From: Dehalococcoidia bacterium
Lineage (GTDB): Bacteria; Chloroflexota; Dehalococcoidia; UBA2979
Direction: 5' to 3'
Assembly: GCA_965262725.1 (NCBI GenBank)
Contig: OZ253555.1
Coordinates: 1,280,001-1,344,000 of the forward strand
Length of the DNA stretch: 64,000 nucleotides
In this document: in pieces, positions 31,025 through 42,527 of the stretch
How the letters are laid out: each line of letters starts with the position of its first letter
How positions within the stretch are numbered: position 1 is the stretch's first letter
Position numbers and translations under genes: made by a program
The notes under the pieces: model-generated
What the model saw: only the letters and a program-made list of their open reading frames with translations
Database searches by the model: none
Told to the model about the DNA's origin: nothing

Positions 31025-31957
31025 CTATGCCGCGGGCGTCGCGGCGACCAGCTCCTTCACCGCCTCGCCGGCCGCCCGCATCGCGGCCGCCTCGGAGTCG
31101 GCAAGCGGAATCTCGAAGACCTGCTCCACGCCGCCGGCGCCGAGTAGCACCGGCACGCCGACGTAGCCGCCGTCCACACCGTACTGGCCGTCCAGCAGCG
31201 CGCAGGCGGGCAACACCCGCTTCTCGTCGAGTAGGATCGCCTCCACCATCTCGATGGTGGCGTAGGCGGGGGCGGTGAAGGCACTGCCGGTCTTGAGCAG
31301 TCCGACGATCTCGGCGCCCCCCTTGGTGGTCCGCTCCACGACGGCGCTCACGCGGTCGGCCGACAGCAGCTGTGTGATGGGTACCCCGCCGACACTGGCG
31401 TTGGCGACGATGGGTACCATCGTCGCCTCCGTGTGGCCGCCGAGCACCCACGCCGCGACATCGCGGGGTGACGTGCCGGTCTCCAGAGCAATGAATGTCC
31501 GGTAGCGGGCGGAGTCGAGCATGCCGCCCTGCCCCACGACACGAGCCGGGGGCAGCCCGCTGGCGGCGAGGGCGACGTGGCACATCGCGTCCATCGGGTT
31601 AGCGAAGATCACGAAGACGGCGTCGGGCGACTGATCGACCGCATGACCGACGACCGAGCGCACGATGCCGGCATTGGTTGCGAGCAGATCCTCGCGCGTC
31701 ATGCCGGGCTTGCGCGGGACGCCCGAGGTCACGACGACCACGTCGGAGCCGGCGCTGTCGTGCCAGTCCGCGGTGCCCGTGATACGGGCCGAGGAGGAGG
31801 CCCAGGGGCCCGCCTCCTGGATGTCGAGCGCCTTTCCGGCGGCCAGCCCCTCGACGATGTCCACGAGCACGACGTCGGCGTAGCCGCGCTGCGCCGCCAG
31901 CTGCGCCATGGTGGAACCGGTCATTCCGGCGCCAACGAACGTCACCTTCTTGCGCAT
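31025..31957 (-). CDS. mdh: Malate dehydrogenase (LDH-like)
   Basis: GAGMTG, GVPRKPGMTREDL, LDSAR, LGGH, GGAEIV.LLKTGSA. Confidence 0.93.
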   Translation of the reverse strand: MRKKVTFVGAGMTGSTMAQLAAQRGYADVVLVDIVEGLAAGKALDIQEAGPWASSSARITGTADWHDSAGSDVVVVTSGVPRKPGMTREDLLATNAGIVRSVVGHAVDQSPDAVFVIFANPMDAMCHVALAASGLPPARVVGQGGMLDSARYRTFIALETGTSPRDVAAWVLGGHTEATMVPIVANASVGGVPITQLLSADRVSAVVERTTKGGAEIVGLLKTGSAFTAPAYATIEMVEAILLDEKRVLPACALLDGQYGVDGGYVGVPVLLGAGGVEQVFEIPLADSEAAAMRAAGEAVKELVAATPAA

Positions 31958-32009
31958 GCTTCCCCTTCTCCGCTCGGGACCGTCCGCCTGTCGGACACAG
32001 ACGCGGGCC

Positions 32010-33227
32010 CTAGTCACCAAGAGCTGTCTTGAAGCGCCGCTCGACCGCGTCAAGGTAGCCAGCCGTCGTCAGCCACGGTTGCTCCGAGCCGACGAGCAGC
32101 GCCAGGTCCCTCGTCATCTCGCCACCCTCGACCGCGTCGACACAGGCGCGCTCCAGCGTCCCGGCGAAACTCGCCACGGTCGGCGTTTCGTCCAGTCGGG
32201 CGCGATGTGCGAGCCCGCGCGTCCACGCGAAGATCGAGGCGATCGGGTTCGTCGAGGTCTTCTCGCCGCGCTGGTAAGCGCGAAAATGTCGTGTCACCGT
32301 GCCGTGCGCGGCCTCGGCCTCCACGGTATCGCCGTCGGGCGTGATGAGCACCGAGGTCATCAGTCCAAGCGAGCCGAATCCCTGCGCGACCGCGTCCGAT
32401 TGGACGTCCCCGTCGTAGTTCTTGGCGGCCCAGATGAATCCGCCGCTCCACTTCATGGCCTGCGCCACGAGATCGTCGATCAAGCGGTGCTCGTACGTGA
32501 TGCCGGCTTCGGCGAAGCGCTGGGCGAACTCCTCATCGAAGACCCGCTGGAAGATCTGGAGGAAGCGACCGTCGTACACCTTGAGGATCGTGTTCTTCGT
32601 TGACAGGTAAACGGGCCAGCGCCGCTGCAGGCCGTAGTTCAGGCAGGTGCGTGCGAAGTCGCTGATCGAGTCGTCGAGGTTGAACATGCCCAGTGCCACG
32701 CCGGGCGCGTCGAAGGCGTTCACCTCATAGGAGACGACGTCGCCGCCGTCCGCCGGTTCGAAGGTCAGCGTCAGGGTCCCCGGGCCCGGGATGTCGATGT
32801 CCGTCGCGCGGTACTGATCGCCGAAAGCGTGGCGGCCGATCACGATCGGCTGCGTCCACCCTGGCACGAGTCGCGGCACGTTCTCGCAGAGGATGGGCTC
32901 CCGGAAGACCGTTCCCCCGAGGATGTTGCGGATGGTTCCGTTGGGCGACCGCCACATCTGCTTCAGGCCGAACTCCTCGACACGGTCCTCGTCGGGCGTG
33001 ATCGTGGCGCACTTGACGCCCACGCCGTGCTCGCGGATGGCGTTCGCCGCCTCGACCGTGATGCGGTCGTCCGTGGCGTCGCGCGCCTCGATGCCGAGGT
33101 CGAAATAGCGCAGGTCGACCTCTAGGTAGGGGAGGATCAGACGCTCCCTGATCCACGCCCACATGATCCGCGCCATCTCGTCGCCGTCGAGTTCGACGAT
33201 CGGATTCTCAACCCGAATCTTCTCCAC
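32010..33227 (-). CDS. icd: NADP-dependent isocitrate dehydrogenase (eukaryote-like subfamily)
   Basis: [51 protein letters not shown] start at 33227. Confidence 0.95.
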   Translation of the reverse strand: MEKIRVENPIVELDGDEMARIMWAWIRERLILPYLEVDLRYFDLGIEARDATDDRITVEAANAIREHGVGVKCATITPDEDRVEEFGLKQMWRSPNGTIRNILGGTVFREPILCENVPRLVPGWTQPIVIGRHAFGDQYRATDIDIPGPGTLTLTFEPADGGDVVSYEVNAFDAPGVALGMFNLDDSISDFARTCLNYGLQRRWPVYLSTKNTILKVYDGRFLQIFQRVFDEEFAQRFAEAGITYEHRLIDDLVAQAMKWSGGFIWAAKNYDGDVQSDAVAQGFGSLGLMTSVLITPDGDTVEAEAAHGTVTRHFRAYQRGEKTSTNPIASIFAWTRGLAHRARLDETPTVASFAGTLERACVDAVEGGEMTRDLALLVGSEQPWLTTAGYLDAVERRFKTALGD

Positions 33228-33313
33228 GCCGTGTTCCCCTCGTCGCCCGCGCGTTCCGGTCGCCTGCCGCGTCGCCGCGACGCCCGCCCCGCGCGTTGGG
33301 TCTGCGGTGCCCG

Positions 33314-34855
33314 CTAGAGCGGGATGTTCCCGTGCTTCTTCGGCGGTGGCACGTCGGCCTTGGTGCGCAGCATCGCCAGTGCGTGCGCGATCTTCGCACG
33401 GGTGTCGCGCGGATCGATGACATCGTCGATATAGCCGCGGGCCGCAGCGATGTACGGGTGCTCGAGGCGCTCGCGGTACTCGGCGGTGAGCTCGGCGCGC
33501 TTCGCCTCCACATCCTCCGCAGCCTGAAGCTCCCGCCTCGCGATGATGTTCACCGCCTGGCCTGCCCCCATGACCGCGATCGCCGCGGTGGGCCACGCGT
33601 AGTTCACGTCCGCGGCGAGGTGCTTCGATCCCATCGCGTCGTAGGCGCCGCCGAACCCCTTGCGCAGGATCACGGTGATCTTCGGGACGGTCGCCTCCGC
33701 ATAGGCGTACACGAGCTTGGCACCGTGGGTGATGATTCCGCCGTATTCCTGCGACAGGCCGGGGAGGTAGCCGGGCACGTCCACGAGCGTGACCAGTGGC
33801 ACGTTGAAGGCGTCGCAGAAGCGCACGAAGCGTGCGGCCTTGCGCGAGGAGTCGATGTCGAGCACGCCGCCGAGGTACATGGGCTGGTTCGCGACCACGC
33901 CCACGGAATAGCCCGCGATACGCGCGAAGCCGACGACGATGTTCTGCGCGAAGAACTCGTGCACCTCCTGGAAGTCCCCGTGGTCGACCAGTTGCTCGAT
34001 GACGTCGCGCACGTCGTACGGCACCGCGTCGTCGTCCGGAACCATGCTCGCGATGTCGGACAGCCTCCGGTCGGGCGGATCCCCGGTGTCTGAATACGGC
34101 GGCTCCTCCATCTGATTCGGGGGGATGAAGGCGAGCATGCGGCGCACCTCCTCGAGGCACGCCTGCTCCCCCTCGATGGAGAACTGCGCCGCACCGGACT
34201 TGGCGTTGTGCGACATCGCCCCGCCGAGTTCCTCCTGCGTCGTCTGTTCCCCCGTCACCGCCGCTATCACGTCCGGCCCCGTGATGAACATCTGCGAGGT
34301 GCCCTTCACCATGAAGATGAAGTCCGTGATCGCCGGCGAGTAGACCGCGCCGCCGGCGCACGGTCCCAGGATCACGCTGATCTGGGGGACGACGCCCGAG
34401 GCCCGCACGTTGCGCAGGAAGATCTCCCCGTAGCCCGCGAGCGCCGTCACGCCCTCCTGGATGCGGGCGCCGCCCGAGTCATTGAGCCCGATGATGGGCA
34501 CCCCGATCTTCACTGCCAGGTCCATCGTCTTCGCGATCTTGGTGCCAACGACCTCGCCGAGCGATCCCCCGTAGACGGTGAAGTCCTGGGCGAACACGCA
34601 GACGGTGCGCCCGTCGATGGTGCCCCAGCCGGTGACGACCGCGTCGCCGTGGAAGTTCTCCCTGTCCCCTTCGCTCATTGAGACGGCGAGCGCATCGATC
34701 TCCTCGAAGCTCTCGGGGTCGACCAGGAGGTTGATGCGCTCCCGCGCGGTGAACTTTCCGCGCGCGTGCTGTGCGTCGATCCGCACCTGGCCGCCGCCGA
34801 GGGCGGCCTCCTCTTTCAGCGCCTTCAGCGCCGCGAGCTTCTCGTCGAAGGACAT
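33314..34855 (-). CDS. pccB: Acyl-CoA (propionyl-CoA) carboxylase carboxyltransferase beta subunit
   Basis: [50 protein letters not shown]. Confidence 0.9.
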   Translation of the reverse strand: MSFDEKLAALKALKEEAALGGGQVRIDAQHARGKFTARERINLLVDPESFEEIDALAVSMSEGDRENFHGDAVVTGWGTIDGRTVCVFAQDFTVYGGSLGEVVGTKIAKTMDLAVKIGVPIIGLNDSGGARIQEGVTALAGYGEIFLRNVRASGVVPQISVILGPCAGGAVYSPAITDFIFMVKGTSQMFITGPDVIAAVTGEQTTQEELGGAMSHNAKSGAAQFSIEGEQACLEEVRRMLAFIPPNQMEEPPYSDTGDPPDRRLSDIASMVPDDDAVPYDVRDVIEQLVDHGDFQEVHEFFAQNIVVGFARIAGYSVGVVANQPMYLGGVLDIDSSRKAARFVRFCDAFNVPLVTLVDVPGYLPGLSQEYGGIITHGAKLVYAYAEATVPKITVILRKGFGGAYDAMGSKHLAADVNYAWPTAAIAVMGAGQAVNIIARRELQAAEDVEAKRAELTAEYRERLEHPYIAAARGYIDDVIDPRDTRAKIAHALAMLRTKADVPPPKKHGNIPL

Positions 34856-35054
34856 GCACCTACCTCGGCTCACGTGTCGTCTATCTGGCCGGTGGCCCGC
34901 GTCAGTATCGTCACTCCCGCCCCGCCACGCCAGCGTGGACGGGCGGGCGGAGCGGTGCGAGGGAAGGTTCGGTGCCCGCCGACCGGCTCCGCCCGCACGC
35001 CCCGGGGCCGCGTCAGCGAAGCGTCATCCGGCCCCGGGACGCCGAACCTCGTGG

Positions 35055-35109
<55 letters not shown>

Positions 35110-35154
35110 CCCGCGGGATCATGGTTCCGGTGCCGTGGCCCTCGCGCGCGACGC

Positions 35155-35802
<648 letters not shown>

Positions 35803-35894
35803 CGTTGAGTCCCGGCCGGGGGAGACCACTTGAATGCTATGCGAGCGCCGGGTGTCCTTCAACCGCCGACCGGTGGCGGGGACGGCGAGCGGCA

Positions 35895-37226
35895 TCACTC
35901 GCGTGGGATCCCGCCCGTGGCCAGCAGCCGCCGAGCGAGTTCCTCGCTGATGCTGAGCATCCGCGCCAGGTCGTCGCGCGAGGCATTCGCGATGTTGTCC
36001 TCCGGGCTATGGATGAAGGTGTCGTCGCCGGAGTGCACTGTGATCGCGGGGACGCCCGCGGTGTCGAAGCTCGCGTGGTCGGATGAGGCGTACGGCGGAA
36101 ACGGTGCCGCGGGCAGCTCCTCGCCGAGGTCGCGCGCCACGATCGAGGCGTAGTCGGCGAGGCCGGCGTGGCCTCGCACGAACACGGGGGCCGTCATCTT
36201 CGACACCATGTCGAAGTTGAGCATGAAGGCCTCATCCCCGACGTCGTGGGCGGCCACGAAGGCCTCCGATCCGACGAGCCCCACCTCCTCGGCACCGAAG
36301 GCGACGACGCAGAGCGACTCGGCGCCGGGCGCGCCACGCAGCACGCGCGCGAGCTCGAGGATCAGCGCCACACCGCTCGCGTTGTCGTTGGCTCCGGGTG
36401 AGGAGGGCACGGAGTCGTAGTGCGCGCCGAGGTAGGCCGTGCACTCGGCGTCCCCGGCGCGGGCGACGACGTTCTGCGAATCGAGCGTCTCGGCCGTGGG
36501 CCCGACCGACAGCAGCGCGCCGGGAGAGGCCGCCTCCAGCGCCTCGAGCGCGGCACCGGCCTCGCTCGAGATGCCGAGTACGGGGATGGCGGGCCGCGCG
36601 TCGCCGAGCATACCGAGCAGCTCCCCCGCCTCGTTGTTCACCACCAGCAGGGCGGAGGCGCCCGCGCGCGCGGCGTTCTGAGCCTTCGCGGCGAAGGTCA
36701 GCACGCCGCGCTGCACCACCGCCACCGCTCCCCCTGCCTCGACCGACGCGAAGTCGGCGGGACTTCCGTGACCCGGGACCAGCACGACGTGCCCCTCGGC
36801 GGCGATCCGGGGCGCGCCTGCCATGAAGCGGGCGGGCAGCACCTCCCCGAGCGCTGGCGACGATGCCTCTGCTGCGTCGGGAGGGGGCGGCACGGGGAAG
36901 GTCTCGATGGAGACGACGTAGCCGGCGTCGGCGAGCTGGCCGGCCACGTAGTCGGCGGCTGCCCGCTCCTCGGGGCTCCCCGCGACTCGTGACCCGATCG
37001 CGACGGCGAGCACCTGCAGGTGTGCGAACGCGCGCTCGGCGTCCGCCTGTCCGGCCGCCGGGGTCGGCGCGATCGTCGCGGCCGCCGCGGGAGACGTGCC
37101 GGCGGGCGTGCTGGCCGGGGGCCCGGGGTCGGTCGCGGGTCCCGCTCCCCCTGAGCACGCAGCGAGCACGACGGCGACGGCCGCCGCGAGCGCCAAGATC
37201 GGCCGGGGCAGCGGGTTCCGGGTCAT
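35895..37226 (-). CDS. M28 family aminopeptidase with PA domain, lipoprotein
   Basis: LAAC lipobox, VQRG..FAAKAQNA (PA domain), GAHYDS, GANDNASG, AEEVGL.GS, NFDM, SDH. Confidence 0.9.
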   Translation of the reverse strand: MTRNPLPRPILALAAAVAVVLAACSGGAGPATDPGPPASTPAGTSPAAAATIAPTPAAGQADAERAFAHLQVLAVAIGSRVAGSPEERAAADYVAGQLADAGYVVSIETFPVPPPPDAAEASSPALGEVLPARFMAGAPRIAAEGHVVLVPGHGSPADFASVEAGGAVAVVQRGVLTFAAKAQNAARAGASALLVVNNEAGELLGMLGDARPAIPVLGISSEAGAALEALEAASPGALLSVGPTAETLDSQNVVARAGDAECTAYLGAHYDSVPSSPGANDNASGVALILELARVLRGAPGAESLCVVAFGAEEVGLVGSEAFVAAHDVGDEAFMLNFDMVSKMTAPVFVRGHAGLADYASIVARDLGEELPAAPFPPYASSDHASFDTAGVPAITVHSGDDTFIHSPEDNIANASRDDLARMLSISEELARRLLATGGIPRE

Positions 37227-37275
37227 GTGCTGACTCCGGCGGGCGGGGCGCTGTGGGCCCCGCCCGGGCGCGAAT

Positions 37276-37719
37276 TCAGCGGCCCTCCCGCCCGCCGCGG
37301 GCGCGGTACCAGCGTCGGATGCGGTCCATCAGGTTCGGTGTCCGGTACTCGATAGTGCGCCCACGCCACCGCTGTTGCTGCCTGGACCGGGGGCTCGCCG
37401 TGAAGATCAGGATCGCGAAGCTCGAGACGAAGAGCACGATTCCGGCGTAGAGCGCCCACTGCATCGCGAGCGGATGGATCCGCCGGAAGACGAGCGATCC
37501 GATGATGACGATGAATGAGAGCAGCATCAGTTGGGAGACGGATACGCGGCCGAGCTGGCGCGCCGCCGCGCGCTCTGCGGCGGACACTCTGTCGCCGATC
37601 TGTCGCAGCGCGCGGCGCCAGGCCCGGGCACGGGGTGACTCGGGCTTCGGGAAGTGCTCGATCTTGTTGAGGATCTCCTCGATCTCGTCCTTGAGCCTAT
37701 CCGGGTTCTTCTCGGCCAT
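37276..37719 (-). CDS. Hypothetical membrane protein (2 TM)
   Basis: MAEKNPDRLKDEIEEILNKIE..., two hydrophobic segments and a WRGRTIEY tail. Confidence 0.75.
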   Translation of the reverse strand: MAEKNPDRLKDEIEEILNKIEHFPKPESPRARAWRRALRQIGDRVSAAERAAARQLGRVSVSQLMLLSFIVIIGSLVFRRIHPLAMQWALYAGIVLFVSSFAILIFTASPRSRQQQRWRGRTIEYRTPNLMDRIRRWYRARGGREGR

Positions 37720-37847
37720 CGGCCAGCCCCAATGCGCCCTTGCCTGCCCCACTACACGAGATTGTAGCAGGGCGACCCCACTTCCCCCGCGCGTCCGCGT
37801 CCAGGTTGCGCGGGACCTCAGGCATCCCCGTCGGGCTGCCGCTCGCC

Positions 37848-39473
37848 TCACGCCTCCGGGGGGAGCGCCGGGCGGGCGGTGGGGGCGGGGAGTTCGTGCC
37901 AGCCACCGCCGCCGGGCGTCTCGATCCGCAGCACGTCGCCCGGCGCGACCTGAATCTCGGCGCGGGCCCCGAGCTCGACCTCGACCCCGTCGGCACGCTG
38001 CAGTGTGTTGCGCCCGGGAGCGCCCGGAGCACCCCCGGACAGTCCGGGCGGCGGCAGCCGGCGGCGCTCGGTGACGAGGGTGACCGTCGCCGGGGCGTGG
38101 AAGAGGTACTCGCGCACCAGGCCGTTGCCACCCGGATGCCGTCCCGCCCCGCCGGAACCCCGGCGCAGCACGTAGCGCTGGACCTCGAAGGGGTAGGCGA
38201 GCGGCAACGCCTCCACCGGCGTGTTCAGCGTGTTCGTCATGTGGGTGTGCACGCCGGAGCGGCCGGGGCGCCGTGGTCCGCCGCCCGCGCCGCCGGCGAT
38301 CGTCTCGTAGTAGGCGAAGCCCTCCCCGCTGGGCGTGGTCCCCCCGATCGTGATGTTGTTCATCGTGCCCTGCGAGGCGGCGGGGATGTGACCCGGCAGG
38401 GCCTGCGCGAGCGCGGCGAGCGCGACGTCGACCACCCGCTGCGACGTCTCGACGTTGCCGGCGGAGACCGCGCGGGGCGGACCGGCCGAGACGACCGACC
38501 GTTCACGGAGCTCGACCTCCACGGGCAGGTAGCACCCCTCGTTGGTCGGTGCATCGGGACCGGCGAGGCACCGCATGACGTAGTAGCACGCCGAGCGAGT
38601 CACCGCCGCGACCGCGTTCAGGGAGCTCTCCCTCGTCTCGGGGTCGCTGCCGGTGAAGTCGAACGTCGCCCGCTCGCCGTCGATCGTGAGCACGAGCCGG
38701 ATCGCGAGACCGTCGTCTCCCACCTCGAGGTGGTCGCTGGCCTCGTAGCGGCCGTCCGGGATACCGGCGATGACGCGCCGCATCGTGCGCTCGCCGTACG
38801 AGATCAGCGCTGCCGCACGCGCCGCGAGGCCGGCCTCGCCGAAGCGCTGGGCCGCCTCCTGCATCCGCCGGGCTCCGAGGGTGGTCGCTGCGAGCTGGGC
38901 GCGGAGGTCTCCGCGACGCTCCTCGGGCGCGCGCGAGTTGTGGGCGATCAAGGCGAGCGCCGCTTCGTTCGGCTCTCCTGCTTTCACGAGCCGCAGGGGC
39001 GGAACGACGAGCCCCTCCTGCAGCAGTTCCCTCGCCACCGGCATCGACCCAGGCGCCATCCCGCCGATGTCCGCGTGGTGGGCCCGCGTGGCGACGAAGC
39101 CGATGGGTGCGCCGGTCTCCCCGGGGGCGGCTTCGGGCGCGAACACGGGTGCGACCGTCGTCAGATCGGGCAGGTGCGTGCCGCCGAGGAAGGGGTCGTT
39201 GAGTGCCAGCACGTCCCCCGGGCGGAACGGGGCCAGTGCGAGCACCGCGCGGACGGCGGTCGGCATCGCTCCCAGGTGCACGGGGATGTGAGCCGCCTGA
39301 GCCACCATCGCGCCCCGGGCGTCGAAGACGGCACAGGAGTAGTCGCGCCGCTCCTTGATGTTCGGGGAGTAGGCCGTGCGGCCCAGCGCCTCTCCCATCT
39401 CCTCCGCGATCGCCGAGAGCGCCGCTTCGGCGATCGCGAGTTCCGATGCCGACAGCACGGCGTCGTCGCTCAT
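37848..39473 (-). CDS. Hydantoinase B/5-oxoprolinase family subunit
   Basis: [56 protein letters not shown]. Confidence 0.93.
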   Translation of the reverse strand: MSDDAVLSASELAIAEAALSAIAEEMGEALGRTAYSPNIKERRDYSCAVFDARGAMVAQAAHIPVHLGAMPTAVRAVLALAPFRPGDVLALNDPFLGGTHLPDLTTVAPVFAPEAAPGETGAPIGFVATRAHHADIGGMAPGSMPVARELLQEGLVVPPLRLVKAGEPNEAALALIAHNSRAPEERRGDLRAQLAATTLGARRMQEAAQRFGEAGLAARAAALISYGERTMRRVIAGIPDGRYEASDHLEVGDDGLAIRLVLTIDGERATFDFTGSDPETRESSLNAVAAVTRSACYYVMRCLAGPDAPTNEGCYLPVEVELRERSVVSAGPPRAVSAGNVETSQRVVDVALAALAQALPGHIPAASQGTMNNITIGGTTPSGEGFAYYETIAGGAGGGPRRPGRSGVHTHMTNTLNTPVEALPLAYPFEVQRYVLRRGSGGAGRHPGGNGLVREYLFHAPATVTLVTERRRLPPPGLSGGAPGAPGRNTLQRADGVEVELGARAEIQVAPGDVLRIETPGGGGWHELPAPTARPALPPEA

Positions 39474-41584
39474 CGGGCCTCTCCGCTTCGCCGGAGCAGC
39501 AGGTTGCCGTGCTGGTCGGTGCTCGCGGACCAGCCGGGAGTAATGAGAGTCGTCGCATCGAGCTGCGTCAGAATCGCCGGCCCCTCCACGGCGTCACCGG
39601 TGTTCAGGGAGGCGCGCTCGATGACCTGAGTGGGCACCCGCTCGCCGTCGAACCAGCACCCGACGACGGTCGCGCCCGCCGCGGGGGACCGCCGCATCCT
39701 CGCCTCGTCCGGGCGATCCTCGCCCCCCGCGCGCGGCGGCTCCGCCAGCACAGGCGCGCCCGCAAGCCGGGCGCGGGCTCGCACCGCCACGACTTCAACC
39801 GGCGCGGTGGGGTCATGGTGGGCGAACCGTCTCTGGTGCAGGAGGTGGAAGCGGGAGCGCACTGCGTGGGCGGCTCCCGTGTCGAGCGCGCCGTCGCGGT
39901 CGAGTTCGACGGTCAGCTCGTACGACTGCCCACGGTAGCGCAGGTCGAGCGCGCGCGAGACCTGTACAACCTCAATCTCCCGCGCCAGCTCGCCCAGCAC
40001 CTCTCCGGTGACCTCGTCCAGGGCCGCGCGGAGGGCAGCGAGCAGCGAGGGGTCGTCCGGCGCGAGCGGGCGGAGGACGGAGCGCGCGCGCTCGGCCGTC
40101 AGGTCCGCGGAGGCCGCGCCGAGCGCCGCAAGGACGCCGGGGGCGGGTGGGATCAGCACGCGGGGCACATCGAGCGCCTCGGCCAGCGTGCAGGCGTGCA
40201 TGGGGCCTGCGCCGCCGAAGGCGACCAGCGTGAACTCACGGGGGTCGCGACCGCGCTGCACCGAGACCACACGCAGCGCCCGCTCCATGTTCGCGACGGC
40301 GACGTCGATCACAGCCTGCGCCGCGCGATGGGGGTCGCCGCCGAAGTGGTGCACGAGCCCGGATACGGCGCTCCGAGCCCGCCGCTCGTCGAGGCGTATC
40401 GCGCCGCCCAGGAGCCCGCCGGGGGGTCCCGCGCCCGGGCCCGCACGTCGTCCACCTGGACCCAGACGCCCGAGCACGACCAGCGCATCGGTGACCGTGA
40501 AGTCCCGGCCGCGGCCGTACGCGGCCGGGCCGGGGTCGGCGCCGGCGGACTGCGGCCCGACGCGCAGGGCGCCGCCGGCGTCGACGCTCGCGATCGATCC
40601 GCCCCCGGCCCCGACGGTGTGCACGTCGACGGTGGGAGTGCGTGCGGTCAGCCCGTCGATGTCAAGGTCCGGTCGCGTCGGCACTCCGGCGTCGCAGAGC
40701 GCGACGTCGGTCGAGGTGCCCCCCATGTCGAGCGTGAGCAATCGGTCGAAGCCGGCCAGCCGGGCCGCCGCGACCGCGCCCGAGACCCCCGCGGCGGGCC
40801 CCGACAGGAGCGTCGCGACCGGGAGCCTCTTCGCCCGCTCCACGCCAGCCGCGCCCCCATCGGACTGCACGATGTGCAGGCGGCCGCTGCCGCGGGTAGC
40901 GAGTCCCTCGGAGAGGCCCGCTAGGTAGCGGCCCATCAGCGGCCCGACGTAGCTGTTCAGTGCGGTCGTGGCGGTGCGCTCGACCTCGCGGTACTCCGGC
41001 GACACCTGTGACGAGAGCGAGAGGTAGAGTCCCTCCGCCTTGGCCGGCTCCGTGAACAGCCGCTCCAGGACGGGGTTCGCGTAGGAGTAGAGCAGAGAAA
41101 CCGCGAGCGACTCGGCACCCTCCTCGACTGCCCGGCGGACGAGCTCGCCGATCTCGTCCCGCTCCGCCGCGACGGCGACCTCGCCGCTGGGCCGGAGCCG
41201 TGCGCGCAGCTCGAAGGTGAGGTCCGCCGGCACGATCGGCTCGGGAGTCTCCGGCTCGAGGTCGTAGATGTCGCGGCGCGTCTGCCGCCCGATCACGAGC
41301 AGATCGCGCATTCCCTCTGTGGTCACGAGGGCGGTCCGGGCGCCGCGCCTCTCGAGCACGGCGTTGGTCGCCACCGTGGTGCCATGCACGACGAGGGTCG
41401 GGGCCTCCGCCCGCGACAGGCCGAGTTCGTCGAGACCCTGGAGCACGGCCCGCGACGGATCGTCGGGTGTCGACGGCCGCTTGTGGACCCGAATCGCTCC
41501 CTCGTCCCAGAGCAGGAAGTCGGTAAAGGTGCCCCCCACGTCCACGCCGAGGACGCGCCGCCTGGCCCCCGGTGCGTCCGCCAT
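39470..41584 (-). CDS. Hydantoinase A/5-oxoprolinase family subunit
   Basis: GVDVGGTFTD, HGTTVATN, EYREVER, LSGPAAG, DMGGTSTD, GAGGGS, FGGAGPMH. Confidence 0.93.
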   Translation of the reverse strand: MADAPGARRRVLGVDVGGTFTDFLLWDEGAIRVHKRPSTPDDPSRAVLQGLDELGLSRAEAPTLVVHGTTVATNAVLERRGARTALVTTEGMRDLLVIGRQTRRDIYDLEPETPEPIVPADLTFELRARLRPSGEVAVAAERDEIGELVRRAVEEGAESLAVSLLYSYANPVLERLFTEPAKAEGLYLSLSSQVSPEYREVERTATTALNSYVGPLMGRYLAGLSEGLATRGSGRLHIVQSDGGAAGVERAKRLPVATLLSGPAAGVSGAVAAARLAGFDRLLTLDMGGTSTDVALCDAGVPTRPDLDIDGLTARTPTVDVHTVGAGGGSIASVDAGGALRVGPQSAGADPGPAAYGRGRDFTVTDALVVLGRLGPGGRRAGPGAGPPGGLLGGAIRLDERRARSAVSGLVHHFGGDPHRAAQAVIDVAVANMERALRVVSVQRGRDPREFTLVAFGGAGPMHACTLAEALDVPRVLIPPAPGVLAALGAASADLTAERARSVLRPLAPDDPSLLAALRAALDEVTGEVLGELAREIEVVQVSRALDLRYRGQSYELTVELDRDGALDTGAAHAVRSRFHLLHQRRFAHHDPTAPVEVVAVRARARLAGAPVLAEPPRAGGEDRPDEARMRRSPAAGATVVGCWFDGERVPTQVIERASLNTGDAVEGPAILTQLDATTLITPGWSASTDQHGNLLLRRSGEAR

Positions 41585-41858
41585 CTGCGCCCCTCAATCG
41601 CCCGTTGTATTCTATCCGGGCGGCCGCCACGGGCAGCCGCCCGCGCGGGCGGCTTGAGCCCCCCGATTTCGCGGTTCCGCGGGCGGATCGCCGCCCGGAT
41701 GCGATGCGTCCGGGGGCGGCAGAGCGTGTGAAGGGCGCCTCGCCGGGCGTGGGCGGGAGGCGACCGGCGGTGGCCGAGTCTTGATCGTCCTCCGGGGGGT
41801 TGATAGCGTCAGTTGCCTACCCATCCCGCCTGCTGGGAGCCGTCGAGGAGCCGCGTCG

Positions 41859-42527
41859 ATGCCTGACACATACTCCGTGGAGCCCCGCACCACGCTCGGG
41901 AAGCGCGTCGCGCGCCTCAGGCGCCAGGGCGTGCTCCCCGCCAACATCTTCGGTCGGGGGATCGAATCCGTCGCCGTCCAGATCGGCGAGCGAGCCGTAC
42001 GCGATCTCCTGCACTCGCACGGCCTGAACACGCTCATCTCACTCGAGATCGCCGGTGAGAACTCCCCGCGTCCAGTGGTCGTGCGCGATGTCGGGCGTCA
42101 CCCCGTCACCCGCGCCCCGCTGCACCTCGACTTCTACCAGGTCGACCTTGAGCGCACGATCACCGGGTCGGTGCCCATCCAGATCGTGGGGGAATCACTG
42201 GCGGTGAGGGACCTTGGCGGTCTGCTGCTCGTCGGCGCCGATTCGGTGCAGATCGAGGCGCTGCCGGCAGATATGCCGAACAACGTGGCGGTATCGATCG
42301 AGGGGCTTGTCGAGCTCGACGACGAGATCACGGTGGGCGATATCGACCTCCCGGACACGATCACCGTGCTCAGCGACCGCGACCAGATGCTGGCACGCAT
42401 CGCGCGCCCGCGCGGTCTGTCCGCCGAGGACGAGGAGGCCGAAGGCGAGGAGGCCCGGGCCGCCGACGAGGAGACCGCCGCGGGCGGCGAGATGTCGGGC
42501 GGCGATCCCGGCGGAGCGGCGTCCTAG
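41859..42527 (+). CDS. rplY: 50S ribosomal protein L25 (long, Ctc-type)
   Basis: GK..ARLRRQGVLPANIFG, HLDFYQV, C-terminal domain and acidic tail. ATG follows GAGGAG. Confidence 0.93.
   Translation: MPDTYSVEPRTTLGKRVARLRRQGVLPANIFGRGIESVAVQIGERAVRDLLHSHGLNTLISLEIAGENSPRPVVVRDVGRHPVTRAPLHLDFYQVDLERTITGSVPIQIVGESLAVRDLGGLLLVGADSVQIEALPADMPNNVAVSIEGLVELDDEITVGDIDLPDTITVLSDRDQMLARIARPRGLSAEDEEAEGEEARAADEETAAGGEMSGGDPGGAAS

Noticed and set aside
32010-34361. Apparent 783-aa icd fusion
   Set aside because: The N-terminal half is an off-frame read of pccB. IDH homology begins at GTG 33227, which has its own GGGGA RBS.
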